A DNA stretch of 63,360 nt, the filler included, from a bacterium (GTDB taxonomy: Bacteria > JAJRZV01), in the NCBI GenBank assembly GCA_024275095.1. It is 4 parts of 4 records of this genome, joined end to end, with 100 filler letters (N's around TTAATTAATTAA, not from the genome) between each part and the next. Parts side by side here need not be neighbours in the genome. Positions count along the whole stretch, not along the records: positions 1 to 24,971 come from JAJRZV010000132.1; 3 more parts are not named here. One strand, written 5' to 3'. The notes beneath the pieces were generated by a model, which saw nothing but the letters and a program-made list of their open reading frames with translations, had not been told where the DNA came from and ran no database searches. The position numbers and the translations under genes were made by a program. The stretch's first letter is position 1; every line of letters starts with the position of its first letter. Of this stretch, positions 1 through 10,131 are shown in pieces.

Positions 1-1397
1 GCTCCTGCCGCCTCTACCAGCCGTGCCGCCGTTTCTTCCATCTTCACCGCATTCTGAGCAATCGCATGTGCCACTTCGTTTACCTCTGAAAGTGCCTCGG
101 TCATCTGCTCACTGGATGCCACCTGCTGCTTGGTGGAAAGACTGATCTCCTGGCTGACATCCAGCGCACGCGAAGCAGCTTTGTTAATCTCATCGAAAAT
201 AGAACCCACCTTTCCCAGCACCTTTACAACTTCATCAAATGATCTCACGCCCGTCTCAGTGGCCATAACCGTACGAGAAGTGGTTTCCTGAATTTCGGAA
301 ATAATATTCCTGATATCATTCGTCGCCTCTTTTGTCCGGCGTGCAAGGTTCCTGATCTCCGATGCCACCACCCCAAAGCGCCTGCCGGCCTCGCCCGCAC
401 CTGCCGCCTCGATGGCTGCATTCACAGCAAGAAGGTTGGTCTGTTCAGAGATATCCTCAATCAATCCTGTAATTCCTGTGATCCGGCGTGACATCTCGGC
501 CAGGCCAAGAATGGTCTGAGCCAGGTCCTCGATTTTTTTCTTGATATTGTAAATCTCGCTTATGAGAGACTGTATCTCCTCTTGAGAAGACTCTACCACA
601 GAGAACGTCTCGCGCGATGCTTTTTCCACACGAGCTGCTTTTTCCGAAATTTGCTTGGCAGCAGCTGCAATTTCTTCAGATGCAGTGGTAAGCTCCTGTA
701 CGGAAGACGCTTGCTGGGAAGTTCCAGCCCTGAATTCCATGACTGTACTGCTGATTTCTTGAGAGGAACTCGAGAGCACATCCACCGCATATCGGGCAGG
801 ATCGGATATCTGGGTCTTGGCGAAATACACTGCTGCCGCCGCACACACCAGAAACGAAAGAATGACCACGACCAGGCCGTGCATGAAAACTTCTTTAATG
901 AGGCTCTTTACGCGTCGGAGAGAGTAAAACACACGTAGCTGACCAACGACTTCTTTCTTTCCGGTTTCGTTCACGTTGATGATGGGATACTCTGTAATAA
1001 GAACCGTATGGTCGCCGATATTTCTCTTGTGCGTGACCGGTTTGTTCACCAATCTAAAGGGAAGATTTTCTTCAAGTCTTCCCAGCTCAGCCAGCAAAAC
1101 CCCTTTTGCATTAAATATCTGCGCTTTCAAAACGGCTTTATCATTTTTCAACACCTCCAGCTGTTTTTCCAGGGACATGGAATCCTCAACCGCCACCCCG
1201 AAAACGCTTTTTTCAGCGATCTGGGATGCGATGCGGTTGGTCCAGTACTTCAGCTCTCCGTACATGACGCTTGAGGTTTTGAAATAGGAAAAAACGCCGA
1301 TGGTGATACAGAACACAAGGAGCACGCTGAAAACCAGGGCAATAAGTTTCTTGGTGATATCAAATTTTATAAGTTTCGAAAATATTTCCTTCCACAT
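1..1397 (-). CDS. Methyl-accepting chemotaxis protein (3' end beyond window)
   Basis: Not in the ORF track. Manual translation gives an ATG at 1397 after a GGAGGA SD, two TM segments and the MCP signalling motif EQTNLLAVNAAIEAAGAGEAGRRFGVVASEIRNLA. Confidence 0.92.
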   Translation of the reverse strand, partial: MWKEIFSKLIKFDITKKLIALVFSVLLVFCITIGVFSYFKTSSVMYGELKYWTNRIASQIAEKSVFGVAVEDSMSLEKQLEVLKNDKAVLKAQIFNAKGVLLAELGRLEENLPFRLVNKPVTHKRNIGDHTVLITEYPIINVNETGKKEVVGQLRVFYSLRRVKSLIKEVFMHGLVVVILSFLVCAAAAVYFAKTQISDPARYAVDVLSSSSQEISSTVMEFRAGTSQQASSVQELTTASEEIAAAAKQISEKAARVEKASRETFSVVESSQEEIQSLISEIYNIKKKIEDLAQTILGLAEMSRRITGITGLIEDISEQTNLLAVNAAIEAAGAGEAGRRFGVVASEIRNLARRTKEATNDIRNIISEIQETTSRTVMATETGVRSFDEVVKVLGKVGSIFDEINKAASRALDVSQEISLSTKQQVASSEQMTEALSEVNEVAHAIAQNAVKMEETAARLVEAAG

Positions 1398-1547
1398 GTA
1401 AATCCTCCTGGCTTTAATTCCATCAAATTATAAATGCCCTGCATCCACCTGACCATTAAATTTCAAATTATAACATGAGGTTAGAAATACTCCTTCTCCA
1501 CCCTCTATTGTCAACATGTTCTCACCAAATAATACGTAAATAAATAG

Positions 1548-2816
1548 TTAAAACACCCTGAAAGGTTTGTTCTTTCTATTCAAGCCGGGGTAATCCTCTG
1601 CAAATGAAAGACGCTGAATCTGGTTTGTACCTTCATAAATCTGTGTCAACTTTACATCACGGAAAGCCTTTTCAACTTCGTTGCCCACCTTCACACCCTC
1701 GTCTCCCATAAAATCCACCACACGGGAACACACGTCCATAGCCACATCAGATGCAAAGCACTTGGCCGTTGCCGAAAGCCAGGATACAGGTGGAAACGTG
1801 GAACACGCGCGCCACACCACAGTCCGCGCAGCCTCAATTTTCATGAGCATATCGGCAAAAATGTGCTGCACGTGCCTGTCCCTGAGGAGGCCCTCCTTCT
1901 CCGCGTATTCAAGCCCTTTTCTCACGGCATGCTGAGCAGCACCAAGAGCGATAAAACCAACGGGTGGACGCGATGTATCGAGAGTCAACAAATTCAACTT
2001 CCAGCCTTCACCTTCACGACCCACACGGTTTGCAGAAGGCACTTTCACATCTTCAAAAATCAGCTCAGCCGCGGGGGAAGCCCGCTGTCCCATCTTATCT
2101 TCTATCCTTCCTACGGAAAATCCTTTCATCCCTCGCTCCACCACGAAGCACGTCCACGAATCAATCCCTTTTTCTTTGTCCGTTGCTGCAAATACTGTAA
2201 TAATACTGGCTACAGAGCCATTGGAAATGAAACACTTACGGCCGTTAAGTACATAATAGCCGTCTTTCTTTTTCGCGTAGGTGAGGAGCTTTGCCCTCCG
2301 AGCACCATGTGTATCTTCTGCATCAGAACCAGCCGCAGGTTCGGTAATGGCAAAAGCACAAAGCTCAGGCTTTCCTGACCTGGCAGCATCTGTAACACGT
2401 GAAAGAAACCGGCGTCCTGCCTTAAAATCCATTGACAGCAAAATGGGGAGCAATCCAAGCATGTGCGCACCGAAAATCACGGCTACTCCCGGACATACCT
2501 TGGAAAGTTCTTCAATAATCAATGCACCGTGAAGTGTACCGTGGCGGAAGAAATCGAGAAGCCGACCACCGCCGCCGAAAGTCCGCGGGATCAGGTCAGT
2601 GAGAAGGCCGATTTCGGCTCCCTTGCGCACAATCTCCCACGGGAATTCTTCCTTTGCGCGCCTGTCCAACTCTTCCACAACAGGCAAGATCTCTTCTTCA
2701 GCCCAGTGCCTCACCTCCTGGCGTTTCTTCTCTACATGGCGCGGAAGCCGACAGGGGTCTTTAATAAAGCCTCTGTGCGTGTAAAGAAAATTTAAGAGTT
2801 TATCCCGCAAACTCAT
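1548..2816 (-). CDS. Acyl-CoA dehydrogenase family protein (catalytic-type subunit)
   Basis: Motifs AFAITEPAAGSD, GRKCFISNG, KMGQRAS and TQIYEGTNQIQR. Confidence 0.92.
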   Translation of the reverse strand: MSLRDKLLNFLYTHRGFIKDPCRLPRHVEKKRQEVRHWAEEEILPVVEELDRRAKEEFPWEIVRKGAEIGLLTDLIPRTFGGGGRLLDFFRHGTLHGALIIEELSKVCPGVAVIFGAHMLGLLPILLSMDFKAGRRFLSRVTDAARSGKPELCAFAITEPAAGSDAEDTHGARRAKLLTYAKKKDGYYVLNGRKCFISNGSVASIITVFAATDKEKGIDSWTCFVVERGMKGFSVGRIEDKMGQRASPAAELIFEDVKVPSANRVGREGEGWKLNLLTLDTSRPPVGFIALGAAQHAVRKGLEYAEKEGLLRDRHVQHIFADMLMKIEAARTVVWRACSTFPPVSWLSATAKCFASDVAMDVCSRVVDFMGDEGVKVGNEVEKAFRDVKLTQIYEGTNQIQRLSFAEDYPGLNRKNKPFRVF

Positions 2817-3763
2817 AGCAACTTCTCTTCTATTACCTGTTTGAAAAGTGCTGTACTACCCCGGTCCAACGCCGCGATGGTCTTCGCATCACGCAGTTTC
2901 CGTTCCACAACGTAGTCCTTCATGTAACCGTACCCTCCCAGCAACTGAACGGCATCAACACATACTTCCTCACATAATACGGCAGCAAGTGCTCTCGCCA
3001 TGAGTTTATCCTCTGTACCGCCGGCCGCGGCTTTAAGAACCCCTGCCTCAGAGAGAAGAACTTTCGCTTTCATGCGGCCCAGTATCTCCTGTACAATGCC
3101 ATGCCTGATAATTACATCTCCGCCCTGATACCGTTCGTTGGCATATCCTTCTGCTATCCGTAATGCATCCATTGCATTACCCACAGCCACCGCGGCAAGC
3201 AGATTCTGGACACGTGCATATATGTGCTTCTGTTCGTGCAGATTTAACTCTCCCAGCTCTTTCGCATGAACATCAGAAGTGGTTACAAACACGCTGCATC
3301 CCTGCAATCCCAGAAGAGCAACTTGATTGCTTCTCTCTCGCAGTTGATCACCGGTTACAAGCTCTACCCTTCCAGCCTCAACCACCACGGCATTGTGTAT
3401 GAATGGAGCAGCAATCACATGATGACTGAGCAGTCCTGCAGATGCGTAAAACATGTTCCTGTCTACGGTGACGTTCAGCGACTGAAGCACGTAAATGCCC
3501 GCATAATGCGAAAGCAACGCAACAGCAAAAGACGCACTCGCTTTGCCCAGCTCCAGCAGCACCCCGCACAACTCCTGCTCTCCCAATCCAACACCACCGT
3601 GTTCCTCTGAAAGAGGAGCAAGATGTAACACCGTCTCATGCAGCCACTTCCTGCACCTTTCCCATGCGTCCACATCTCCCTTCTCCATATCAGCAGAAAG
3701 CTCCGTCAGTTCTCTTTTTACAAAAGACTCTACGGCTCCAGCAATCTGCTGATAAAGATTCAT
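2813..3763 (-). CDS. Short, divergent acyl-CoA dehydrogenase family protein
   Basis: Has an N-terminal EEHGGVGL, YANERYQGG and AVQLLGGYGYMKDYVVERKLRDAK. The middle domain is degenerate. Overlaps the next ACAD by 4 bp. Confidence 0.8.
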   Translation of the reverse strand: MNLYQQIAGAVESFVKRELTELSADMEKGDVDAWERCRKWLHETVLHLAPLSEEHGGVGLGEQELCGVLLELGKASASFAVALLSHYAGIYVLQSLNVTVDRNMFYASAGLLSHHVIAAPFIHNAVVVEAGRVELVTGDQLRERSNQVALLGLQGCSVFVTTSDVHAKELGELNLHEQKHIYARVQNLLAAVAVGNAMDALRIAEGYANERYQGGDVIIRHGIVQEILGRMKAKVLLSEAGVLKAAAGGTEDKLMARALAAVLCEEVCVDAVQLLGGYGYMKDYVVERKLRDAKTIAALDRGSTALFKQVIEEKLL

Positions 3764-4104
3764 CTTTACTCCATCAGAAAGTTATCAGATAGTGCATACT
3801 GACCTGATCGTGGGGAGTAAAACCTGGAACTTTGCACAATCTTATATCACCTGCCATCCGGGGATACATGAAATTATCTACAGTTCCCGAAGGATTGGAC
3901 TTCTGCAGGTACCAACGGACATCTTCTACTTGTATACACAATAATACTACATTACGTGGCAACTCACTCATCTTCTTTATCTCTTCCATCACATGCAGTG
4001 CAAGTCAACATTTTTCACAAAAAATTATACATGCCATGCTTTACCGAATGTAGCGCAGCTGTTACACTTTTGCCTGTTGTCCTCGTAAACAGGGAAATTG
4101 CAGG

Positions 4105-4774
4105 TGCGTTGGCTCAGGAAAAAGCGAAACATATTCTCTGAAAAAACATGAGAGACCTTCTTCTCATGCGTGCATCTCCTGGATCGATATTTTATACCCG
4201 GTCACACCTGAGTCAAAGCTCAACCTTCTGATCTCGTGAAAAGATTTATTTAGATAAACTTCTGCTGGTGTTCTCAGTCCTGATGCCCAGTGGGGCCTGC
4301 GCGAGCCCGGGTACCAGGTGTAGTGTTCTACGCTCTTCATCAGGTGAAGTATATTCTGCACTTCACCGGGATAAATGGCTTCCTGTTTGAGATTCTGATG
4401 GTATCTCTCGATCACTCCAATCTGCTCAGGTGATCTGTATCCCATCCTTATGTATGTGCCTGAAAAGGTTTTCAAAAAATTTTGCTTCCACCGGTGTACC
4501 GTCCCGGGCGATACCGGGTACCGCCCGGCCGCCTCCTCAACCGATAGCCCGCCTCTCGAAACCGCAAGCACAACCTCAAGTTTCTGCTCAACAGGCATCT
4601 CTGCTCTCCTGCCCGTGGCTCACCTCCTCATTTGAAACTGTTTCTATTTTATCCCTGACCTTTGAGCTGATTGAATTCCTGCCAGTTTTTCTTTTTCTAT
4701 TTTCGCCCTGAAGGCCCCGAACCTGCTCGTGAGGTCTCACTTATTAAATGTTTCGGTTTAGGTGGGGCAATACA
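4105..4774 (-). mobile_element. Internally deleted IS3-family element remnant
   Basis: ORF 4164-4598 fuses an OrfA-like HTH (EEAAGRYPVSPGTVHRWK) to an integrase C-terminus (IERYHQNLKQE...RPH...LRTPAEVY). Imperfect TG-starting terminal IRs share CGAAACAT (4105 on +, 4774 on -). Confidence 0.7.
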
Positions 4775-4979
4775 GGTCTTCCACATCCAGCAAGGGATCA
4801 AGACAATGACTTACGTAGACGCAATCGTTAATGGTCACCCCACCGGGCCTGTCTATATAAACACGCAAAATCCATCGCCCCTGTGATTGAAAAAACTGAA
4901 CATCCACGAGTTCGAAACCTTCCCCAGTAACCACCTCTTCAATTAACTGGAAAAGCCTGGCCGAATCCACGTCTTTCAT
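4758..4979 (-). pseudogene. rimP: N-terminal fragment of ribosome maturation factor RimP, truncated at the IS end
   Basis: GFELVDV...ILRVYIDRPGGVTINDC..VS..LD..LDVED is the RimP N-domain. Similarity stops at the IS terminus (4774), and the LEVSSPG motif is absent. Confidence 0.8.
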
Positions 4980-4986
4980 AGCTTTT

Positions 4987-5015
4987 ATTATGCGCTGTGA
5001 TTCAGTCTCTCACAA
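4987..5015 (-). promoter_or_regulatory. sigma70-like promoter of rimP (near-leaderless)
   Basis: TTGTGA-17 nt-CATAAT, then 7 nt to the ATG. Confidence 0.5.
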
Positions 5016-5083
5016 GAAACTTTCTGGGTTATCTTGCAACTACGGATTGCTATAGTAATATCCCTGTGTTACTTTTCTTTACC

Positions 5084-7135
5084 ATGAAATCTCTAAAAGG
5101 GTTTATAGGCAAAGTTCTGTTTGTTTTAAGAGTTTACAAATCTACCAATTTCAATGTAACAGCACGGTTTATACGACAAATAATCCAAGCTCGAATAATA
5201 CGCTTCAAGTTCCTCCTTATCAAATATGGTGTAATTCCAGCATACCCTTCCCTCAAACCTTTTCTTAACACCTTCAGCGAAGAAAATAAGTTAATAGACC
5301 ACATCAGAACCAACATGTCCTGCTTTTTTATCCCTATGGCCAAAGAAATCCATCAAATAAAAAACAACCATCCGGACTATGTAAATCGGATTATATCGCA
5401 AGCCAACCGCATATTAGACAACACTTATTCCTTTTTGGGATCAGGGGACATCACTTTTCGTCAAGGAAATCTACCTTGGCATACGGATATTAAATCGGGA
5501 TACCACTGGGACAAGAAGACTTTTTACAAAAAAATCCGATACGGCCATATCGAAGGAGCGGACGTAAAGGTCCCGTGGGAGATGTCACGCTTACAAATGC
5601 TTCCTATACTTTCCCTTGCTTATCTTTTCACCGATGAAGACATCTATGTACGAAAGTTTATGGAAATATTTCGGAATTGGGTAGATGAAAATCCTCCGTA
5701 CCAGGGAGTCAATTGGGCTTGTACCATGGACGTTGCCATTCGCATGGTGAATATGACCGTAGGATTTCTTAACATTCTAAATTCCAAAGCAGTGACAGAT
5801 GACGATATTCGGATATTCTTGAAAGTTCATCTGCAACATGCCCGTCATATCCGTACTAACCTCGAATGGTCTCCGTTTCTTACATCAAACCACTACATGG
5901 CTAATATATGCGGTCTTTTTGCAGCATGCCTGCCTTTTGAGAAGTTCCCGGAATACAAGCGCTATTTGAACTTCTGCCGCAGGGAGATGGAAACCGAAAT
6001 CTTTAAACAATTCCGTAACGACGGCACAAATTTCGAATCGTCAACTTATTACCATGCATTCGTCACGGAAATGCTTCTTTATCCGTACGTATTCTCCCGC
6101 ATCAAAGGAGGGATAACCTTTTCACCCGCTTTCGAGGAACGCTTAAAAAAAGCCTGTTTTGTCATTCGTGAAATAACAACACCCGCCCAGCGTATCCCTC
6201 AAATCGGCGATACGGATAGCGGCAAGTTTCTATGCTTTGATTCACGCGACATTCTCGACTACACACACATTATCACTCATGCGGCGGTATTGTTTCCAGA
6301 CTTCCATCTACCTGAAAATCTCCATCCATCACCAGAGGTGCATCTGTTCTATGACAAAGAGCACATAACTTCAGCTATTATGCGGCGGCAGTCAGCCGAA
6401 GCCTCATTGATCTCGTTTAATGAAGGAGGCCTGCATATATACCGTGACCCGAATATGTATTTTATATTCTACGCTACTCCCCAGGGGACCGATGGTATAG
6501 GCAATCATAACCACAATGACAAATTGTCTTTCATCCTATTCGTATACGGGCAAGAGATCGTGACAGATCCAGGCACATATGTTTACACACCATATCCCAA
6601 ATGGCGGAACACCTTTCGTTCAACACGCTACCACAACACTGTCATGGTCAACAAAGAAGAACAATGTCGATTCGTCGATTGGTCTCTGTTTTATACCGTA
6701 AACGATGCTGAGGTCTCTTCAAAAGCTGAAAATAAAAAAAACTTGATATTATTCAAAGGTAAACACACCGGTTACAAACGTATCGGCATAATACATGAGC
6801 GCACCGTTAAACTTTCGCCTGGGGATATGCGCTTGGAAATAGAAGATTCCCTCACACCTGTGGAGGAAAGTAAAAACCCAAAAATAGCAGCTTCTATTTT
6901 TCTGCATCTGCATCCCGCCGTGCAAGCAGAGCAACACGGGAGCGAAATCAACCTTTACTGCAACCATGTGCTTTCACGTGTAGAGGTGCATTGCAAGAAT
7001 GTCAAAATAATACAGTCTTGGCACTCCCCCGAATACGGCCTCAAAGAAAGTTCAAGTGCCATCGAGTGTCGCCTCCACGACACCTTACCCATCACTCACC
7101 GTATGATTCTGTCGTTTTCCCGGAGGAGTATTTGA
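5084..7135 (+). CDS. Heparinase II/III (alginate lyase-like) family protein of polysaccharide loci
   Basis: Motifs DVKVPWEMSR, NPPYQGVNW, SNHY, ESSTYYH, HNHNDKLSF, DPGTYVY and FRSTRYHNTV. Start taken at the first ATG (5084). Confidence 0.85.
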   Translation: MKSLKGFIGKVLFVLRVYKSTNFNVTARFIRQIIQARIIRFKFLLIKYGVIPAYPSLKPFLNTFSEENKLIDHIRTNMSCFFIPMAKEIHQIKNNHPDYVNRIISQANRILDNTYSFLGSGDITFRQGNLPWHTDIKSGYHWDKKTFYKKIRYGHIEGADVKVPWEMSRLQMLPILSLAYLFTDEDIYVRKFMEIFRNWVDENPPYQGVNWACTMDVAIRMVNMTVGFLNILNSKAVTDDDIRIFLKVHLQHARHIRTNLEWSPFLTSNHYMANICGLFAACLPFEKFPEYKRYLNFCRREMETEIFKQFRNDGTNFESSTYYHAFVTEMLLYPYVFSRIKGGITFSPAFEERLKKACFVIREITTPAQRIPQIGDTDSGKFLCFDSRDILDYTHIITHAAVLFPDFHLPENLHPSPEVHLFYDKEHITSAIMRRQSAEASLISFNEGGLHIYRDPNMYFIFYATPQGTDGIGNHNHNDKLSFILFVYGQEIVTDPGTYVYTPYPKWRNTFRSTRYHNTVMVNKEEQCRFVDWSLFYTVNDAEVSSKAENKKNLILFKGKHTGYKRIGIIHERTVKLSPGDMRLEIEDSLTPVEESKNPKIAASIFLHLHPAVQAEQHGSEINLYCNHVLSRVEVHCKNVKIIQSWHSPEYGLKESSSAIECRLHDTLPITHRMILSFSRRSI

Positions 7136-8415
7136 AATTTTCATTTCAGGTGTTGCTTACATTTTTTTCGCGATTACTAATCAGGGTGCTCAGCTTCATC
7201 ATAAGTGTATTGATCGCCAGGTTCCTCGGCCCCGTGGGGAAAGGACTTATCTCGTATGTCAACACTATTGTGGCTCTCCTCAATCAATTCGGTACATTCG
7301 GTTTTAGTGCGTCCACCATATACTTTCTTGCTAAAGAAAAAGAACGTCGTCATATAGTCGCCAGTACCATAATCGCCTTCTCTTCCGGAGTTGTCTTGCT
7401 GTTCGATGGAGCACTCTTCGCTGCGTGGTGGTTCCTCAACATATTTCACGATCTGAACACTTTACTGATACTCATTGTGTTGCTGAGATTTCCTTTCATG
7501 CTTTTTGCACAGCGCATGAGTGACTTTTACCTGGCATACCAGAAAATCAAACTTTACAACGCCGTATCTTCTGCATCAGCCGTACTATCAGTAATTGTAA
7601 CAGCCGTTATTATCCTTTTATTTCACGGAGGCGCCGTCCACGTTCTCCTCGGGCACCTCGCCGTATCATTTGTTCAATTCGCATTCAACATAGGATTCTG
7701 GCTGTATAACAGGGTCGTCAGATTTGTTGTAGACAAGATGCTTCTTTCGGAAATGGTGAAATACGGGCTCAAATTTTACGTAAACAACTTGTGTGCGTTT
7801 ATGGTTCTCAGGTCGGACATACTGTTTATCAAACACTACCATGACAATTGGCATGTAGGGCAATATTCCGTAGCGGTACAAGCGGCGGAACTTATTTATA
7901 TGGTAGTGTCAACCGCCTCTCTTCTGTTATTCCCAAAACTGGCGGACAAGTCTCCGCAGGAGGCTGCATACTACGTGCGACGGACCCTGCGCATCACCTT
8001 GCACTTGATGCTTATACTCCTGACCGTGTGGGCGTTCACCGGCCGGATTTTTATCATCGCCGTATTTTCTTCACGGTTCGCCCCGGCTGTTTCGCCGTTT
8101 TACATCCTTCTTCCGGGAATGTTTTTCTTGGCTCTCTGGAGTGTCAGCACGCGATATTTTGCTGTCACCGGTATGCCTTTGTTCGTGCCCATGGCATGGG
8201 TAATATTTTCGGCTGTGAATATCATTTTAAATATCTTCTTAATACCCTCATTGGGTGTCGCTGGCGCGGCTGCAGCATCTTCCCTTACCTATATGTGTGT
8301 CGCCGGATTCCTCCTTTACAAATTTTTTACAATCACCGGCACACCGGTAAAAAAGGTTTTCTATACTTCCTGGGAAGAACTTAAGGAAGATGCCAAACTT
8401 CTCTTACCCGTGTGA
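7132..8415 (+). CDS. Wzx-like oligosaccharide flippase (MOP superfamily)
   Basis: About 12 TM segments, ARFLGPVGKG, RSDILFI, VGQYSVA and LIPSLGVAGAAAAS. TTG start after GGAGGAG. Confidence 0.85.
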   Translation: MKFSFQVLLTFFSRLLIRVLSFIISVLIARFLGPVGKGLISYVNTIVALLNQFGTFGFSASTIYFLAKEKERRHIVASTIIAFSSGVVLLFDGALFAAWWFLNIFHDLNTLLILIVLLRFPFMLFAQRMSDFYLAYQKIKLYNAVSSASAVLSVIVTAVIILLFHGGAVHVLLGHLAVSFVQFAFNIGFWLYNRVVRFVVDKMLLSEMVKYGLKFYVNNLCAFMVLRSDILFIKHYHDNWHVGQYSVAVQAAELIYMVVSTASLLLFPKLADKSPQEAAYYVRRTLRITLHLMLILLTVWAFTGRIFIIAVFSSRFAPAVSPFYILLPGMFFLALWSVSTRYFAVTGMPLFVPMAWVIFSAVNIILNIFLIPSLGVAGAAAASSLTYMCVAGFLLYKFFTITGTPVKKVFYTSWEELKEDAKLLLPV

Positions 8416-8427
8416 TATTACGAATTA

Positions 8428-10107
8428 TCAATCAATATACCCAAGATCCCTAAGGCGTTTCATAACTTTTTCGCGTTCCTCATCAGAAAAGGCATCTTCG
8501 TCGTTTTCCCTTGTAAGTGGAGAGACTTTTACACGAATAGTCTTTTCCGGGAGTTTAAAATAGCGTTCATCAACGGCTGGGCACCCGTCGAATTCCACAT
8601 CCGCATCAACGCCTTCACACTTCAACAATGTCGGCAAAAAATCATACACATTGAAAGGAGGAAGCGTCCCTTTCTTAATATCTTTTCCTGCAGTCATAAA
8701 AACACCGTCAGGATGATGATTAGCTCCTCCTTTGAAGGTGGTAAGGATCTGTTTTTCTCCCGGATCATTAACAATCCCAACGCCCGGAGCAGCTATCATC
8801 AACAGTTCGGGAAGAATCCTATCCTTTTCCATAAGAGTTTTACGGAACGATGGCCTGAATACCCTGCTGACAAGAGAAGTTCCCTGGGCTTCCGCTGATT
8901 CAAGAACATCTTTAATTTTGTTGATCAGGTCTTCTTTTTCAGATTCTGGCACAGCACCTTTTAAGAAATCTATTTTGTCATTTATGTATATGCCCCCGCT
9001 CATTCCAAAAGAAAACGCCTTGGTTTTATCCCATGCCAATGCATCCAAATCCGCACTCGCGGGAATCTCCAGCGGGGCCCGACCTGTTTTTACTAATAGT
9101 TTATTGACAGTGTTTGAACCCGGCATAAGAGTAAAAAACGATAGCAGCACTTTGCGTTTCATGGAAAGCCAGGGAACGCTCCAAATACGCATGGCTCGAT
9201 GAATAGTACGAAAATATTGATAAGCAAAAGATAACTCCAGATAGCCTTTCTCCCTCAAATATGCATTTAAAGCGAAGTTTTTGTCCACATCCTGAGCGCC
9301 ATGATCTGAGACCACATAGTAGCGGCAAGCCTCTCCAAACATTTCCACCACTGCAGTTACAACATCATCCACTCCCGCATAAGACTGTGTGACAGGATCA
9401 AATTCTTCTTGTATCGCGGCAGCACCTTTGAAAAATCTCCATCCATAATGCTGTACGGTATCAACATCCGTGAAAGCGATGATTGCATAGTCAAAGGCGT
9501 ATTCTTTCAGCAAGAAACTTATAAGTTCCTTCCTGTGCATGAGACTATCTTTTTCTATTTCCATATAATCACGGAAATATCTACCTTCAGTATCATTCAT
9601 AAATGCGGTACGTGAAAATCCTGGATGATTTGCATAATGATTGGGGAAACGCATCTTCAAGTTTTTTTCAATTTCAGGATCGGAACAGACCCGGGCGCAT
9701 TGCGAAAGAGGTTTGGGTGCTCCCATAAAAACCACCGTATTTTTATAACCCCGATCCATAAGTTCCCTGGTAAAGGGGACATTGAACAAAAGCCCCCGCA
9801 TACCTGCGCTTTCCATAATTTCCCAGAGGTTCCAGGGCTGGTAATAGGATCGTTCGATATCCAACGTGTGATCCGGCTTTATTTTCAAAAAATCCAGGAT
9901 CCCGTGTGATATGACATCAAGCCCTGTAAATATGCTGTTCCACGCAGAAGGGGACATTGGCGGTATTGTGGATTTCAACGTCGCCCGAATCCCCTCGTCC
10001 ATCATCCATCCCAGGGCTTTCAATTGATGCTCAGCCCTCATATAGTCGAGTACGGAAAAAGATGCGGCATCTATTCCAAAAACAATAAATTTAGGAGCCG
10101 CCGACAT
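8428..10107 (-). CDS. Alkaline phosphatase superfamily / nucleotide pyrophosphatase-type protein
   Basis: Motifs GIDAA, STIPPMSPSAWNSIFTG, DTVQH, VSDHG, HHPDG and a C-terminal RLRDLGYID. Confidence 0.85.
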   Translation of the reverse strand: MSAAPKFIVFGIDAASFSVLDYMRAEHQLKALGWMMDEGIRATLKSTIPPMSPSAWNSIFTGLDVISHGILDFLKIKPDHTLDIERSYYQPWNLWEIMESAGMRGLLFNVPFTRELMDRGYKNTVVFMGAPKPLSQCARVCSDPEIEKNLKMRFPNHYANHPGFSRTAFMNDTEGRYFRDYMEIEKDSLMHRKELISFLLKEYAFDYAIIAFTDVDTVQHYGWRFFKGAAAIQEEFDPVTQSYAGVDDVVTAVVEMFGEACRYYVVSDHGAQDVDKNFALNAYLREKGYLELSFAYQYFRTIHRAMRIWSVPWLSMKRKVLLSFFTLMPGSNTVNKLLVKTGRAPLEIPASADLDALAWDKTKAFSFGMSGGIYINDKIDFLKGAVPESEKEDLINKIKDVLESAEAQGTSLVSRVFRPSFRKTLMEKDRILPELLMIAAPGVGIVNDPGEKQILTTFKGGANHHPDGVFMTAGKDIKKGTLPPFNVYDFLPTLLKCEGVDADVEFDGCPAVDERYFKLPEKTIRVKVSPLTRENDEDAFSDEEREKVMKRLRDLGYID

Positions 10108-10131
10108 ATGGGTTCACCTCCTCTAAAATGG

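Noticed and set aside
582-1287. Plus-strand ORFs of 88-118 aa and the many other short ORFs opposite long genes
   Set aside because: Shadow ORFs antisense to, or out of frame within, well-supported genes (here the MCP), with no motifs.
1-1397. Functional link between the MCP and the CheW-like genes at 34572-35254
   Set aside because: They are on different contigs; nothing in the sequence links them.
3774-3992. 72-aa minus-strand ORF upstream of the ACAD pair
   Set aside because: No recognisable motif; it lies beside an IS scar and may be a gene remnant or spurious.
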